Below are positions 7,814-17,375 of a stretch of DNA of 33,532 nucleotides, piece after piece. The notes beneath the pieces are model-generated. The model saw nothing but the letters and a program-made list of their open reading frames with translations. It did not search any database and was not told the DNA's origin. This DNA comes from an uncultured Candidatus Marinamargulisbacteria bacterium (GTDB taxonomy: Bacteria; Margulisbacteria; Marinamargulisbacteria; GCA-2716485; CALLLO01), in assembly GCA_938082985.1 (NCBI GenBank), contig CALLLO010000107.1, positions 1 through 33,532 of the forward strand, in the 5' to 3' direction. A program made the translations under genes and the position numbers. How positions within the stretch are numbered: position 1 is the first letter of the stretch; every line of letters begins with the position of its first letter.

Positions 7814-8299
7814 TTATGTCGTTTTTTGCTCCCGCATTTTTTTGCTGTAGCCAATCCCTGCAATATCATCGAGGAATTTCATGTCTTCTTTTTCCATTAT
7901 TCTTTTCCATTTCTCACGCGTTTTTTCGCGATCTTTTTCTATTATTTTTCTTTCTTTTAACGCCTGGTTTAGTTTTTCGCGTTGGGCGTCTCTGGCTTTT
8001 TCAGCATTTTCTCGGACTTCAATTTGTTTTTGGACCTCTTCTTTGAGAGTGTCTAGTTGATGTTTTCTAAGTTGTATCATGTTCATGCCTGGGAAGTTTG
8101 TTCCTGTCATAAGTTCCTGTAGTTCAAGGTAGGCTTGGGCTTGGATGGCTTTTATTTTTGCTTCTTTTCTCTTCTCTTCTAGTACTTTTTCTTCTGCTTT
8201 TTGAAACTTTTCTTGTTCTTGTTTTTCTCTTATTTTCCGGACCTTTAAGAGTGTTTCTAGAGAATAGACAAAGCGTTTCCCTTTTTCAGCTTTACTCAT
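7814..8299 (-). CDS. fliJ: FliJ/SctO-like type III export stalk protein (coiled coil)
   Basis: 161 aa, highly charged, with heptad-like E/K/Q content. FVYSLETLLKVRKIREKQ at the N-terminus and EDMKFLDDIA near the C-terminus resemble FliJ. ATGA overlap with the fliI stop. Position directly after fliI. Confidence 0.7.
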   Translation of the reverse strand: MSKAEKGKRFVYSLETLLKVRKIREKQEQEKFQKAEEKVLEEKRKEAKIKAIQAQAYLELQELMTGTNFPGMNMIQLRKHQLDTLKEEVQKQIEVRENAEKARDAQREKLNQALKERKIIEKDREKTREKWKRIMEKEDMKFLDDIAGIGYSKKMREQKTT

Positions 8300-9615
8300 T
8301 CATTAAAGAGGGTTTTGATACTTTGTACCGTTGTATCAAAGGCTTCGTTGCTATCTGTTCCTTGCCGAAGTATGGCGTTTACGCCGTCTATTTTGTCTAT
8401 CGCATTGTCTATTTTGGGGTTACTGCCTTTGACATAAGCTCCGATATTTATGAGATCTTCAGCTTCTGTATATCGAGCCAGAACTTCTCTTAGATTCCCT
8501 GCTGCGCTTATATGTTCTTTTGTGTTTACGACTGAGAAAAGTCGACTGACGCTGTGTCCGATATCGATGCAGGGGTAGTGGTTTTTGGCGGCTAGATCTC
8601 GAGATAAAACCATATGACCATCTAATATTCCTCGCGCAGCATCTGCGATAGGTTCGTCCATATCGCCACCATCAACGAGGACCGTGTAGATAGCTGTAAT
8701 CGTGCCTTTTTCTGAGGTTCCTGCGCGTTCCATAAGCCTGGGTAACATAGCAAAAACTGAGGGTGTGTATCCTTTTGTCGTTGGTGGCTCGCCTGTTGCG
8801 AGTCCAATTTCGCGTTGGGCCATGGAAAATCGAGTCACCGAGTCCATCATGAATAGGACGTTTTTACCTTGATCTCTAAAATATTCAGCGACAGCTGTAC
8901 CTACTAACGCACCTTTTAGTCTGATAACGGGGGGTTGGTCGGAGGTTGCGCAGATGACGACTGATTTTTTTAGACCTTCTTCACCAAGTGATTCTTCGAT
9001 AAAATCTTTGACTTCTCTCCCCCGTTCACCCACTAAACTGATAACATTGATGTCTGCTTCGCAGTTTCTCGCGAGCATACCCATGAGCGTGCTTTTTCCT
9101 ACTCCAGAACCCGCAAAGATGCCTATTCTTTGACCTCTACCTAATGTAAGCAATCCGTCTATGGCTTTGACCCCTGTTTTAAGCGGTTCTGTGATGCGGG
9201 GGCGTTTAATTGGGTCTGGGGGATCTTGGTCGATGGGATATGTTTCTTCGTACTCAAGCTCACCTTTTCCATCCATGGGCTCGCCAATGCCATTTAAAAT
9301 ACGACCTAATAACTTAGGGCCTACTTTGACTTCTATTGGGCTACCTGTGGCGTAAACACGACTTCCAGGGCGAATCCCATTGGTTTGGCCTAATGGCATA
9401 AGGAGGACGTATTCTTCTTTAAATCCAACAACTTCAGCTAGGATTTCTTTCTCTTTTTCGATGATGATTCGGCAGAGTTCGTTTATGGAAACGCCTTGTA
9501 CTTGGGCTTCAATCACGAGGCCCACTACTTTGACCACTTTGCCTACAACTTGAAGAAGGTCTGTGCTTTTTATTGTATGGAGATATTGGTCGAGAGACTG
9601 CTCATTAATGGGCAT
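8296..9615 (-). CDS. fliI: type III secretion/flagellar export ATPase FliI/SctN
   Basis: 439 aa. Walker A GIFAGSGVGKSTLMGMLARN, Walker B VLFMMDSVTRFSMAQREIGLATGEPP, and ITAIYTVLVDGGDMDEPIADAARGILDGHMVLSR. Confidence 0.95.
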   Translation of the reverse strand: MPINEQSLDQYLHTIKSTDLLQVVGKVVKVVGLVIEAQVQGVSINELCRIIIEKEKEILAEVVGFKEEYVLLMPLGQTNGIRPGSRVYATGSPIEVKVGPKLLGRILNGIGEPMDGKGELEYEETYPIDQDPPDPIKRPRITEPLKTGVKAIDGLLTLGRGQRIGIFAGSGVGKSTLMGMLARNCEADINVISLVGERGREVKDFIEESLGEEGLKKSVVICATSDQPPVIRLKGALVGTAVAEYFRDQGKNVLFMMDSVTRFSMAQREIGLATGEPPTTKGYTPSVFAMLPRLMERAGTSEKGTITAIYTVLVDGGDMDEPIADAARGILDGHMVLSRDLAAKNHYPCIDIGHSVSRLFSVVNTKEHISAAGNLREVLARYTEAEDLINIGAYVKGSNPKIDNAIDKIDGVNAILRQGTDSNEAFDTTVQSIKTLFNE

Positions 9616-10471
9616 TTTTATCGGTATAGGTTTTGATTAACGCGTTTTCTATGATGCTTAGTTTTGTACTGATACTTGAGTCGATATATCCGAGATTTGT
9701 TTCTATAACACAGCCACCTTTTGAAATGTTTGTGTCACTTTTTATATCTAATTGCTTATAGTCAGATAATTGTTTTCTAAAGGTTTCTTGATACTCGTTT
9801 ACAAACTTAATATCTGAGGGGTTTACTTTAATAATGACTTTGTCCTTATCTGTTACTTTCGCTAGGGCTTCTTTTAAGATGTTTTGGAAGACGGATGGAT
9901 TGTTTTCCATTTCGGTTTGAATAATTTTTTTTGCAATTTCAATACTCAGTTTTAACAATGGAGCTTCGGAGTCTCGGATTAATTGGTCTCTGTCTTTTAC
10001 TGCATTGTTAATTGTGATGCGAAGTTCTTCAGATAGGTTTTTAAATTTAAATTTCCCAGAAGCTACTCCTTCTTCATAACCTTCTTTGAAGGCTTGTTTT
10101 TTGAGGATTTCTTTTTCCTGGTCTAACTGAGCTAACATGTCTGTCCGTTGTTTTTGTTTTTCATTTTCTAAGGCAGTTTGGTGGTTTTTTTCCATAAGGG
10201 CTATGGCTATTTCTGGTTTAGGGTTTGCTATTTTTTCTAGGACGGGGGCACTTTGTTTAGGGGATTCTTTTTGATGTGTTTTTACACACCCTAGAGTAAT
10301 AGGGGCGCCTTCTTGTGAATCTTTGATTAGTGTCTTGGGCGAATAGAATGTATTTTTTTTAGTAGGCGTTGAGGGTTCTGCCGATTGGTGATCGGGATAT
10401 GCTTCACTTAGGAGCTTCTCATTTTTATTGTTTTTATTAGTGTCAAATATATGACGTTTAAATATTGGCAT
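9605..10471 (-). CDS. fliH: FliH/SctL-like export ATPase regulator with a long low-complexity N-terminal extension
   Basis: 288 aa. The C-terminal half (EGYEEGVASG...LLKLSIEIAKKIIQTEM...IIKVNPSDIKFV...GGCVIETNLGYIDSSISTKL) matches the FliH pattern. Overlaps the fliI start by 11 nt. Confidence 0.75.
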   Translation of the reverse strand: MPIFKRHIFDTNKNNKNEKLLSEAYPDHQSAEPSTPTKKNTFYSPKTLIKDSQEGAPITLGCVKTHQKESPKQSAPVLEKIANPKPEIAIALMEKNHQTALENEKQKQRTDMLAQLDQEKEILKKQAFKEGYEEGVASGKFKFKNLSEELRITINNAVKDRDQLIRDSEAPLLKLSIEIAKKIIQTEMENNPSVFQNILKEALAKVTDKDKVIIKVNPSDIKFVNEYQETFRKQLSDYKQLDIKSDTNISKGGCVIETNLGYIDSSISTKLSIIENALIKTYTDKNAH

Positions 10472-10559
10472 AGTATTAGTATTGTACCTAAAAAATAGTA
10501 TTTTTGCGATGTAGGTCTATTTTTTTACTTTTTTTATCCCTCTGTGATACACTCTATCT

Positions 10560-11339
10560 ATGCTTCATTATCCCCATATCGATCCTATTGCGTTGCAGGT
10601 TGGCCCGGTGGCTATTCGCTGGTATGGATTGGCCTATGTTGCTGGTTTTGTATCGGCCTACTTTTTTTTAAAACGGGTGCTTATCGACTCTCTTTCTTTG
10701 TCATCGGATGATGTGTTGGATTATTTTTCTTACGCTGTGGTGGGTGTCATTTTTGGCGGCCGTTTTGGTTATGTTTTGTTTTATGATTTTCTGTATTTTA
10801 TGGAGTATCCAGGCTCTATTTTTTATTTTTGGCAGGGTGGAATGAGTTATCATGGTGGGGCTATTGGGGCTATGATTGGGACTGTCTTGTATGCGAGGCG
10901 GAAGGGTGTCTCTGCCTGGAGGTTGTTGGATCTCTTGGGTATATCAAGTACATTTGGTTTGTTTTTTGGACGTTTGGCTAATTTTGTGAATGGAGAGCTT
11001 TATGGTCGAGTGACTAGCTTTGAGTGGGGGATGGTTTTTCCTGGTGGTGGGGATTTACCACGTCACCCTTCTCAGTTGTATGAAGCTTTTTTTGAAGGGG
11101 GTGTTCTTTTTTTTCTCTTATTTTTAGGCCTTAAATATAAAGAACTTAGGGAAGGGCAACTGTTTGGATTGTATGCATTTGGCTATGGATTTTTTAGATT
11201 TTTTATAGAATATACGCGAGAACCTGATCCTCATTTAGGCTTTGTTTTTGCTTCTTTTTCAATGGGGCAAGTATTGTGTGCGTGTATGGGTGTTAGTGGC
11301 TTAATCATCTTTTTTGTGAATCGAAAGCCAAGAAAGTGA
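10560..11339 (+). CDS. lgt: phosphatidylglycerol-prolipoprotein diacylglyceryl transferase
   Basis: 259 aa. IRWYGLAYVAGF, GGRFGYVLFY, GRLANFVNGELYGR and HPSQLYEAFFEG. Confidence 0.93.
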   Translation: MLHYPHIDPIALQVGPVAIRWYGLAYVAGFVSAYFFLKRVLIDSLSLSSDDVLDYFSYAVVGVIFGGRFGYVLFYDFLYFMEYPGSIFYFWQGGMSYHGGAIGAMIGTVLYARRKGVSAWRLLDLLGISSTFGLFFGRLANFVNGELYGRVTSFEWGMVFPGGGDLPRHPSQLYEAFFEGGVLFFLLFLGLKYKELREGQLFGLYAFGYGFFRFFIEYTREPDPHLGFVFASFSMGQVLCACMGVSGLIIFFVNRKPRK

Positions 11340-11343
11340 ACGT

Positions 11344-12282
11344 TTAAGAGAGGCTTTTTTCAGCTTCGAGTGCGGCCATACATCCAGATCCTGCTGCGGT
11401 AATGGCTTGCCTGTATGTTTTGTCTTGTACATCTCCTGCAGCAAACACACCAGGTAGGTTTGTCTGTGTTGTTCCTGGTTTTGTGATGATGTATCCGCTC
11501 TCATCGCAGTCGATTTGTCCATTTAAAAAACGGGTGTTGGGCGTGTGTCCGATGGCGTAAAAGAGGCCGTTTGCGTCTAAGAGTGATTCTGTGTTTGTTT
11601 TATTGTTTTTTATACGGACTTGTTGAAGCGCTTTGTCACCTAGTGCTTCTATCGTCTCTGTGTTCCAGAGAATGTCTATGTTTGGGTCTTTTAACACACG
11701 CTCTTGCATGATTTTAGATGCTCGCAGTGTATCTTTTCTAACAATGAGGGTGACCTTGCTGGCGTATTTTGTTAGGAAATGTGCTTCTTCACACGCTGAG
11801 TCTCCACCTCCGACGACAATTAATGGTTTGTTCCTAAATATTGGGAGTGCGCCATCACAGACAGCACATGCGGACATGCCTCGTTGCCAAAATGTGTCTT
11901 CGCCTTTGATGTTTAACCGTTTGGCTGTGGCGCCAGTTGAGATGATTATGCTATCTGTTGTGAACGTGTCTGCGCCTACAGTTACCGTATAAGGTCGGTT
12001 TTTTAAGTCTATGGAATCTACTGTTAGTGTTTCGATTTTTGCACCACAATTAATGGATTGTTCACGCATGTTTATCATGAGCTCTGTGCCACTGATTCCA
12101 TTTGGAAATCCTGGGAAGTTTTCAACTTCGGTCGTTGTTGTTAATTGTCCTCCAGCGGCTACTCCTCCTGCATAAAGGCCTTCAAACAGAAGAGGAGAGA
12201 GCAAGGCTCTTGCTGTGTATATCGCGGCGGTGTGTGCTGCTGGGCCAGATCCTATGATAATTACTTTTTCATGTTTTTGCAT
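11344..12282 (-). CDS. trxB: thioredoxin-disulfide reductase
   Basis: 312 aa. [15 protein letters not shown], the redox-active [21 protein letters not shown] and [10 protein letters not shown]. Confidence 0.95.
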   Translation of the reverse strand: MQKHEKVIIIGSGPAAHTAAIYTARALLSPLLFEGLYAGGVAAGGQLTTTTEVENFPGFPNGISGTELMINMREQSINCGAKIETLTVDSIDLKNRPYTVTVGADTFTTDSIIISTGATAKRLNIKGEDTFWQRGMSACAVCDGALPIFRNKPLIVVGGGDSACEEAHFLTKYASKVTLIVRKDTLRASKIMQERVLKDPNIDILWNTETIEALGDKALQQVRIKNNKTNTESLLDANGLFYAIGHTPNTRFLNGQIDCDESGYIITKPGTTQTNLPGVFAAGDVQDKTYRQAITAAGSGCMAALEAEKSLS

Positions 12283-12292
12283 AATTTACTCC

Positions 12293-14440
12293 TTAATTTG
12301 CTTGAAAGAAATTTAATAATTTCTCGTTAGATTCGTTGTCTTTTGGTTCCTTGCTTTTGAATAAACCTCGCTGGGGGCGGTCGTTATCTTTTGGTTCCGA
12401 TCCTTTCCAGAACTTTTCAATGCTGACTTTTTCTGTTGGGCTAAACTCTGTAGCTAGTTTGCCAGTTTCCCAGTTTATTTTTCGTTGTACGAGTCCGCGT
12501 GGGCTTTGAAAATTTTGTGCGGGTACGCCTTTAAGTGCTTCTATCATGTACTCTCTCCACATTCTTGCGGGCACCCATCCCCCTGTTATTTTGTATGTTG
12601 GAGAATTGTCGTCATTGCCTACCCATGCTGCCGTTACAATTTGTGGAACAAAGCCTACAAACCAGGCATCTCTATAGTCTGATGTTGTTCCTGTTTTTCC
12701 TGCAATTGGTCTGGGTAGCTTAGCTCCTTTTCCTGTTCCGTAGTTGACTACGCCTCTCATCATTTCTACAAGTGTGGCGATGAGGTTTTTATCAAACACT
12801 TTTTCATTTTTTACGTTATGTTGAAACAGTACAGTGCCATCTCTATCTTCAATACGGACAATCCCTGTTGGCTCGGATCGATACCCTTTGTTAGCAAATA
12901 CGCCATAAGCAGCCGCGAGATCTATCATGGTGGTTTCCATCGCGCCTAGGGGAAGAGATAATATAGGTTTTAATGGGGCCTTTATTCCAATTTTTTTTGC
13001 CGTATTCATCATGTGTTCAGGTCCTATAAGGTAGTTTAGTTTTATGGAAACTCCGTTTACTGATTTTTCTAGTGCTTTTCTAAGAGGGATGGGCCCTAAA
13101 TATTCTTGGGTGTAATTTTGAGGGCTATAAGGGCCTTCTATAGTGTTGAAAGTGACGGGGCTATCGTCGATGATGCTTCCAGGGGAAAAGCCTTTTTCTA
13201 AGGCTGTTAAATAAATGAAAGGTTTGAAGGCGGATCCTGGTTGTCGTTTTGCTAGGGTAGTTCTGTTGAATTCATTCTTTTTAAAATCATAGCCACCAAC
13301 CATGGTTTTTATGTAGCCAGATCGAGGGTCTATGGAAAGGAGGGCGGCCTCTTGGTAGTTAAGACTTGGAACTTTTTTACCTCGGACCCATTTAGGGGTT
13401 TGTCCATATTCTACCCATTTTTTCACGACTTTTTCGCCATGTGCTTGGAGTGTGTAGTCGAGGGTTGTAAATACCTTGAGCCCTGAGGTATAGACGGATT
13501 CTTCCCCATACATTTCGATAAGTTGCTTGATGATATAAGCTGTGAAGTAGGGGGCTTTATGTCTAAATCTTTTTCTTTCTGCTATTTGTATGTCCGCGTT
13601 ATAAGCTTCGACTCTTTCTTCATATGAAATTAAGTCTCGTTTTTCCATAGAGCGGAGGACTGTTTTTTGTCGGTTTTTTGCCAGTCTAAAACTTCGAATT
13701 GGGCTGTAAAGTTCTGGCCCTGTGAGTAGCCCAACTAACATGGCTGATTCTCCAAGTGTAAGATCTAGCGCATGTTTGTCAAAATATAGTTTACAGGCCG
13801 CTTCTATTCCATATGCGTTGTGGCCCCAGTAGACTTGATTGAGGTACATTTCTAAAATCTCTGTTTTAGTGTATTTTCGCTCGATTTGAACAGCTAAAAT
13901 AGCTTCTGCTACTTTTCGACTAAGTTTACGACGTCTGTTAAGAAAGAGATTTCTTGCGAGTTGTTGGGTGAGAGTACTTCCCCCTTGGACGAATGCTCCT
14001 GCTTTAATATCTACATACAAGGCTCTAGCGATACCCTTAAAGTCTAGCCCATGATGTTTGTAGAAATTGGAATCTTCAACAGCTATAACGGCTTTTTGTA
14101 GAATGGGAGATATTTTTTCTATTGGAATACGGATACGATTTTCTTCGAGATGTAGTTCGGCTAGGATAACGCTGTCTTCAGAGTATATCTTGGTTGTTTC
14201 TGCTGGGATGTAGGTGCTGATTTTTTCTACATCGGGTAAGTCTTGGGCTATAATATAAACAAATATGCTAAGGGCTAGGGCGCCAAATACTGTACAGATA
14301 ACAGAAAAAAGCGCTAGTTTTTTTAAAAAGCCTACTGTTTTTCTTTTTCTGTTTTTGGAGACTTGGTTAAGGGCCCCTACTGAACGTCTAGACTTTGACT
14401 TGGAAACTCTCCCTATGGAGTGGCGACTTCTGAATATCAT
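12293..14440 (-). CDS. mrcA: class A penicillin-binding protein (glycosyltransferase + transpeptidase), PBP1A family
   Basis: 715 aa. Basic cytoplasmic tail plus one TM segment. GT51 motifs AVEDSNFYKHHG, GGSTLTQQLARN and RKVAEA. Transpeptidase motifs SAFKP and KTGTT. Confidence 0.93.
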   Translation of the reverse strand: MIFRSRHSIGRVSKSKSRRSVGALNQVSKNRKRKTVGFLKKLALFSVICTVFGALALSIFVYIIAQDLPDVEKISTYIPAETTKIYSEDSVILAELHLEENRIRIPIEKISPILQKAVIAVEDSNFYKHHGLDFKGIARALYVDIKAGAFVQGGSTLTQQLARNLFLNRRRKLSRKVAEAILAVQIERKYTKTEILEMYLNQVYWGHNAYGIEAACKLYFDKHALDLTLGESAMLVGLLTGPELYSPIRSFRLAKNRQKTVLRSMEKRDLISYEERVEAYNADIQIAERKRFRHKAPYFTAYIIKQLIEMYGEESVYTSGLKVFTTLDYTLQAHGEKVVKKWVEYGQTPKWVRGKKVPSLNYQEAALLSIDPRSGYIKTMVGGYDFKKNEFNRTTLAKRQPGSAFKPFIYLTALEKGFSPGSIIDDSPVTFNTIEGPYSPQNYTQEYLGPIPLRKALEKSVNGVSIKLNYLIGPEHMMNTAKKIGIKAPLKPILSLPLGAMETTMIDLAAAYGVFANKGYRSEPTGIVRIEDRDGTVLFQHNVKNEKVFDKNLIATLVEMMRGVVNYGTGKGAKLPRPIAGKTGTTSDYRDAWFVGFVPQIVTAAWVGNDDNSPTYKITGGWVPARMWREYMIEALKGVPAQNFQSPRGLVQRKINWETGKLATEFSPTEKVSIEKFWKGSEPKDNDRPQRGLFKSKEPKDNESNEKLLNFFQAN

Positions 14441-14532
14441 TTATTACCTTAGTTTATATGAATTATAGCTAGAGATTGTACCATACGATTTTAGGCTGGC
14501 CTAGCTAAAAGATTTCGGTGTACACTAGCTTT

Positions 14533-15729
14533 ATGAGCATAAAATTATTAGATTTATTTAAACGTGGCCTAGTACAAATAGTCCCAGAAAATGTCCTTCA
14601 TAGCCTTTTGAATTCTAATGAGCCGCTGTTAATAAAGTTTGGTGCGGATCCGTCTGCGCCGGATCTCCACTTTGGGCATTGTGTTGTACTTAAGAAACTT
14701 CGGATGTTGCAGGATATGGGGCACAGAGTACAGTTTGTTATTGGTGATTTTACAGCGAGGATTGGAGATCCTACAGGGAAATCTGAAACTAGAAAGGCCT
14801 TGACTGAAGAGGATGTGAGGGCAAACGCCGCCTCTTATCAAGAACAAGTGTTTAAAATTTTGGATCCTGGTAAAACTGACCTTGTGTATAACTCATCATG
14901 GTTAGGCGTTTTGACGGCGTCTGAGATGATTGGTTTGTCGGCGAGGTATACGGTGGCTCGGATGTTAGAGCGAGATGATTTTAGTAAACGGTTTAAATCT
15001 AATCAGTCGATTAGCGTACATGAGTTTTTGTACCCCTTGTTGCAAGGTTATGATTCGGTTGTATTGAAAAGTGATATAGAAATGGGAGGCACGGACCAAA
15101 CCTTTAATCTTTTAATGGGGCGACATCTTCAACGTGAATATGGCTGTGATAAAGAACAGGCGATTATCACGGTTCCTATTTTGGAAGGCCTTGATGGCGT
15201 ACAAAAAATGAGTAAGTCTTTGAATAATCATATTGGGATTATGGATAGTCCTAAAGAGATGTTTGGAAAGACGATGTCCCTACCGGATGACAAGATTATT
15301 CGTTACTTTTCTTTATTAACGGATATGTCTGATTTTGAGCTCGAGGATATGCGTACAAAGATGTCCTCAACAGGGGTTAATCCACGAGATTTTAAAATTG
15401 AGTTAGCTAAATGTTTAATTTGTATGTTTTATGAGACAAGTGACGCTGAAGAAGCTGAAGAAGAATTTAAACGGGTATTTGCCAAGGGTTTGGTTCCTGA
15501 GGATATCCCCGAGGTGGTCGTTACAGAAGAGTCTGTTTTTTTATTGGGGCTTCTTATAGAGCAAAAGTTGGTCGTGTCTAAAAAAGAGGGTCAACGGTTG
15601 ATGCAGGCTGGAGCCGTAAGCGTGGATGGTGAGAAGCAACTGAATTTTAGATATATGTTGGCTGTGGAAGGTGAGCAAGTCGTGAAAGTTGGTAAGCGTA
15701 AATTTTTGAAAGTGGTCAAGGCGATATGA
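14533..15729 (+). CDS. tyrS: tyrosine-tRNA ligase (long bacterial type with C-terminal S4-like domain)
   Basis: HIGH-type motif PDLHFGH, KMSKS present, GDFTARIGDPTGKS. The ORF track starts at GTG 14518, so ATG 14533 (MSIKLLDLFKRG) is an equally plausible start. Neither has a clear SD. Confidence 0.93.
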   Translation: MSIKLLDLFKRGLVQIVPENVLHSLLNSNEPLLIKFGADPSAPDLHFGHCVVLKKLRMLQDMGHRVQFVIGDFTARIGDPTGKSETRKALTEEDVRANAASYQEQVFKILDPGKTDLVYNSSWLGVLTASEMIGLSARYTVARMLERDDFSKRFKSNQSISVHEFLYPLLQGYDSVVLKSDIEMGGTDQTFNLLMGRHLQREYGCDKEQAIITVPILEGLDGVQKMSKSLNNHIGIMDSPKEMFGKTMSLPDDKIIRYFSLLTDMSDFELEDMRTKMSSTGVNPRDFKIELAKCLICMFYETSDAEEAEEEFKRVFAKGLVPEDIPEVVVTEESVFLLGLLIEQKLVVSKKEGQRLMQAGAVSVDGEKQLNFRYMLAVEGEQVVKVGKRKFLKVVKAI

Positions 15730-17348
15730 CAGAAAGAAAACTCTTGGTGACAAGTGCCTTGCCGTATGCGAATGGTAGTATTCATATCGGACATTTGGTG
15801 GAGTATGTTCAGACGGATGTATGGGTGCGTTTTCAGAAAATGATTGGGAATCGATGTCACTATGTGTGCGCGTCGGATACGCATGGCACGCCTATTATGA
15901 TTAACGCTAAGAAACAGGGCGTGACTCCTGAAGAATTAGTAGAAAGGTTTAGAGCAGAGCATCAAGAAGACTTTAAAAACTTTCATATTGATTTTGATTA
16001 TTATGGGTCTACGAATTCGGAGTCTAACAGGGTGTTGTCGGAGAGCTTTTACGAAGCAGCGAAACGTAAAGGGGGCATAGCTATACGTGATGTAGCTCAA
16101 CTCTATTCTGAAGTAGATGGCATGTTTTTACCGGATAGATTTGTGAAAGGAACGTGCCCTACGTGTAAAGAAGTTGATCAATATGGCGACTCGTGTGAAA
16201 AATGCGGAGCGACGTATAATCCGCAAGATTTGATATCACCGAAATCAGTTGTGTCTGGAGATACCCCTATCTTAAAAGAGTCGGTACATCATTTCTTTAC
16301 ATTATCTAAATTTGAGTCTGTGATTAAAGCGTGGCTGGATGCGGGTGTTGTTCGAGAAGAAGTTCGAAAGAAGCTTGGAGAATGGTTTGAGGAAGGGTTA
16401 AAGGATTGGGATATTTCGAGAGATGACCCGTATTTTGGGTTTAAGATTCCTGGGACCGATAATAAGTATTTTTATGTATGGTTGGACGCTCCTGTTGGTT
16501 ATATTTCGTCTACGCTAGATTGGAGTAAAGATGCGACCCTTACTGACGAAATTTGGAAAGGAGACGACTGGGAAGTTCATCATTTTATAGGTAAGGATAT
16601 TTTGTATTTTCATTGTTTGTTCTGGCCTGCGATGTTGGCTGCTGCAGAGTATGCGATGCCTACGAAGGTTAATATTCATGGGTTTTTGACGGTGAATGGC
16701 GAGAAGATGTCTAAGAGTCGTGGCACTTTTATTATGGCTAAGACGTATTTGGAACATGTGGACCCTGAATTTTTGAGATATTACTATATTTCTAAGCTGT
16801 CTTCCCATATAGAAGATATTGATTTGAATTTAGAAGACTTTGTTTTTAAAGTTAATTCTGATGTTTTAGGCAAATTCATTAATATAGGCAGTCGTTTGGC
16901 TTCTATTGTATATAAGAAGTGTGACTCGACATTAACGCGTTCAGATACAGAAGGTGTCGCTTTACTTGATGAGCTTTTGGCTGAGGCGGAAAACGTGAAA
17001 GTACTTTATGAGGCTTTAGAGTATAGCAAGTGTATGAAGTTGATTATGGGCTTGGCGGATAAGGTAAATAAATATATAGATGCGACTACGCCTTGGGCTT
17101 TGGTTAAAGAAGATAAAGAAGCAGCGGCGTCAGTATGTACGACTGGTTTGAATGCTTTTCGTATTATCGCGACATATTTGTCTCCTGTTTTACCGAGGAT
17201 AACTCATGATATTGCGATTTTCTTGAGTCTTGAGTCCCTGAAATGGACGGATTTGGGGACTCATTTAAATGAACATGTGATTCAAAAGTATGCACATTTG
17301 GCTAAACGTCTTGAGTTAGAGGATGTTCAGAAGGTGATTCAGGTTTAG
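15726..17348 (+). CDS. metG: methionine-tRNA ligase (short form, no C-terminal tRNA-binding appendix)
   Basis: 540 aa. ALPYANGSIHIGHLVEY, zinc knuckle CPTCKEVDQYGDSCEKCG, and KMSKSRG. ATGA overlap with the tyrS stop. Confidence 0.96.
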   Translation: MTERKLLVTSALPYANGSIHIGHLVEYVQTDVWVRFQKMIGNRCHYVCASDTHGTPIMINAKKQGVTPEELVERFRAEHQEDFKNFHIDFDYYGSTNSESNRVLSESFYEAAKRKGGIAIRDVAQLYSEVDGMFLPDRFVKGTCPTCKEVDQYGDSCEKCGATYNPQDLISPKSVVSGDTPILKESVHHFFTLSKFESVIKAWLDAGVVREEVRKKLGEWFEEGLKDWDISRDDPYFGFKIPGTDNKYFYVWLDAPVGYISSTLDWSKDATLTDEIWKGDDWEVHHFIGKDILYFHCLFWPAMLAAAEYAMPTKVNIHGFLTVNGEKMSKSRGTFIMAKTYLEHVDPEFLRYYYISKLSSHIEDIDLNLEDFVFKVNSDVLGKFINIGSRLASIVYKKCDSTLTRSDTEGVALLDELLAEAENVKVLYEALEYSKCMKLIMGLADKVNKYIDATTPWALVKEDKEAAASVCTTGLNAFRIIATYLSPVLPRITHDIAIFLSLESLKWTDLGTHLNEHVIQKYAHLAKRLELEDVQKVIQV

Positions 17349-17375
17349 TTATAAATTGCCCTTATTTAACGTTTA

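Noticed and set aside
7814-10471. Taxonomic guess of a Chlamydia-like organism, based on an orphan fliI-type module and orphan Ser/Thr-rich proteins.
   Set aside because: The window also encodes a class A PBP with a full glycosyltransferase domain and a 222-aa YidC. As far as I know, neither fits that group. Taxonomy is left unassigned.
10472-10559. Sigma28- or sigma54-type promoter upstream of fliH.
   Set aside because: The best sigma28-like alignment (TAAA-N15-CGCAAAAA) matches only about half of the GCCGATAA element. No GG-N10-GC element is present. A TACAAT box lies 9 nt before the ATG, but without a -35 it is too weak to call.
14441-14532. Possible T-box or other leader upstream of tyrS.
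   Set aside because: The gap is only about 90 nt, far shorter than a T-box leader. I saw no specifier-loop/antiterminator arrangement, only short palindromes (TAGCTA, GTGTACAC).
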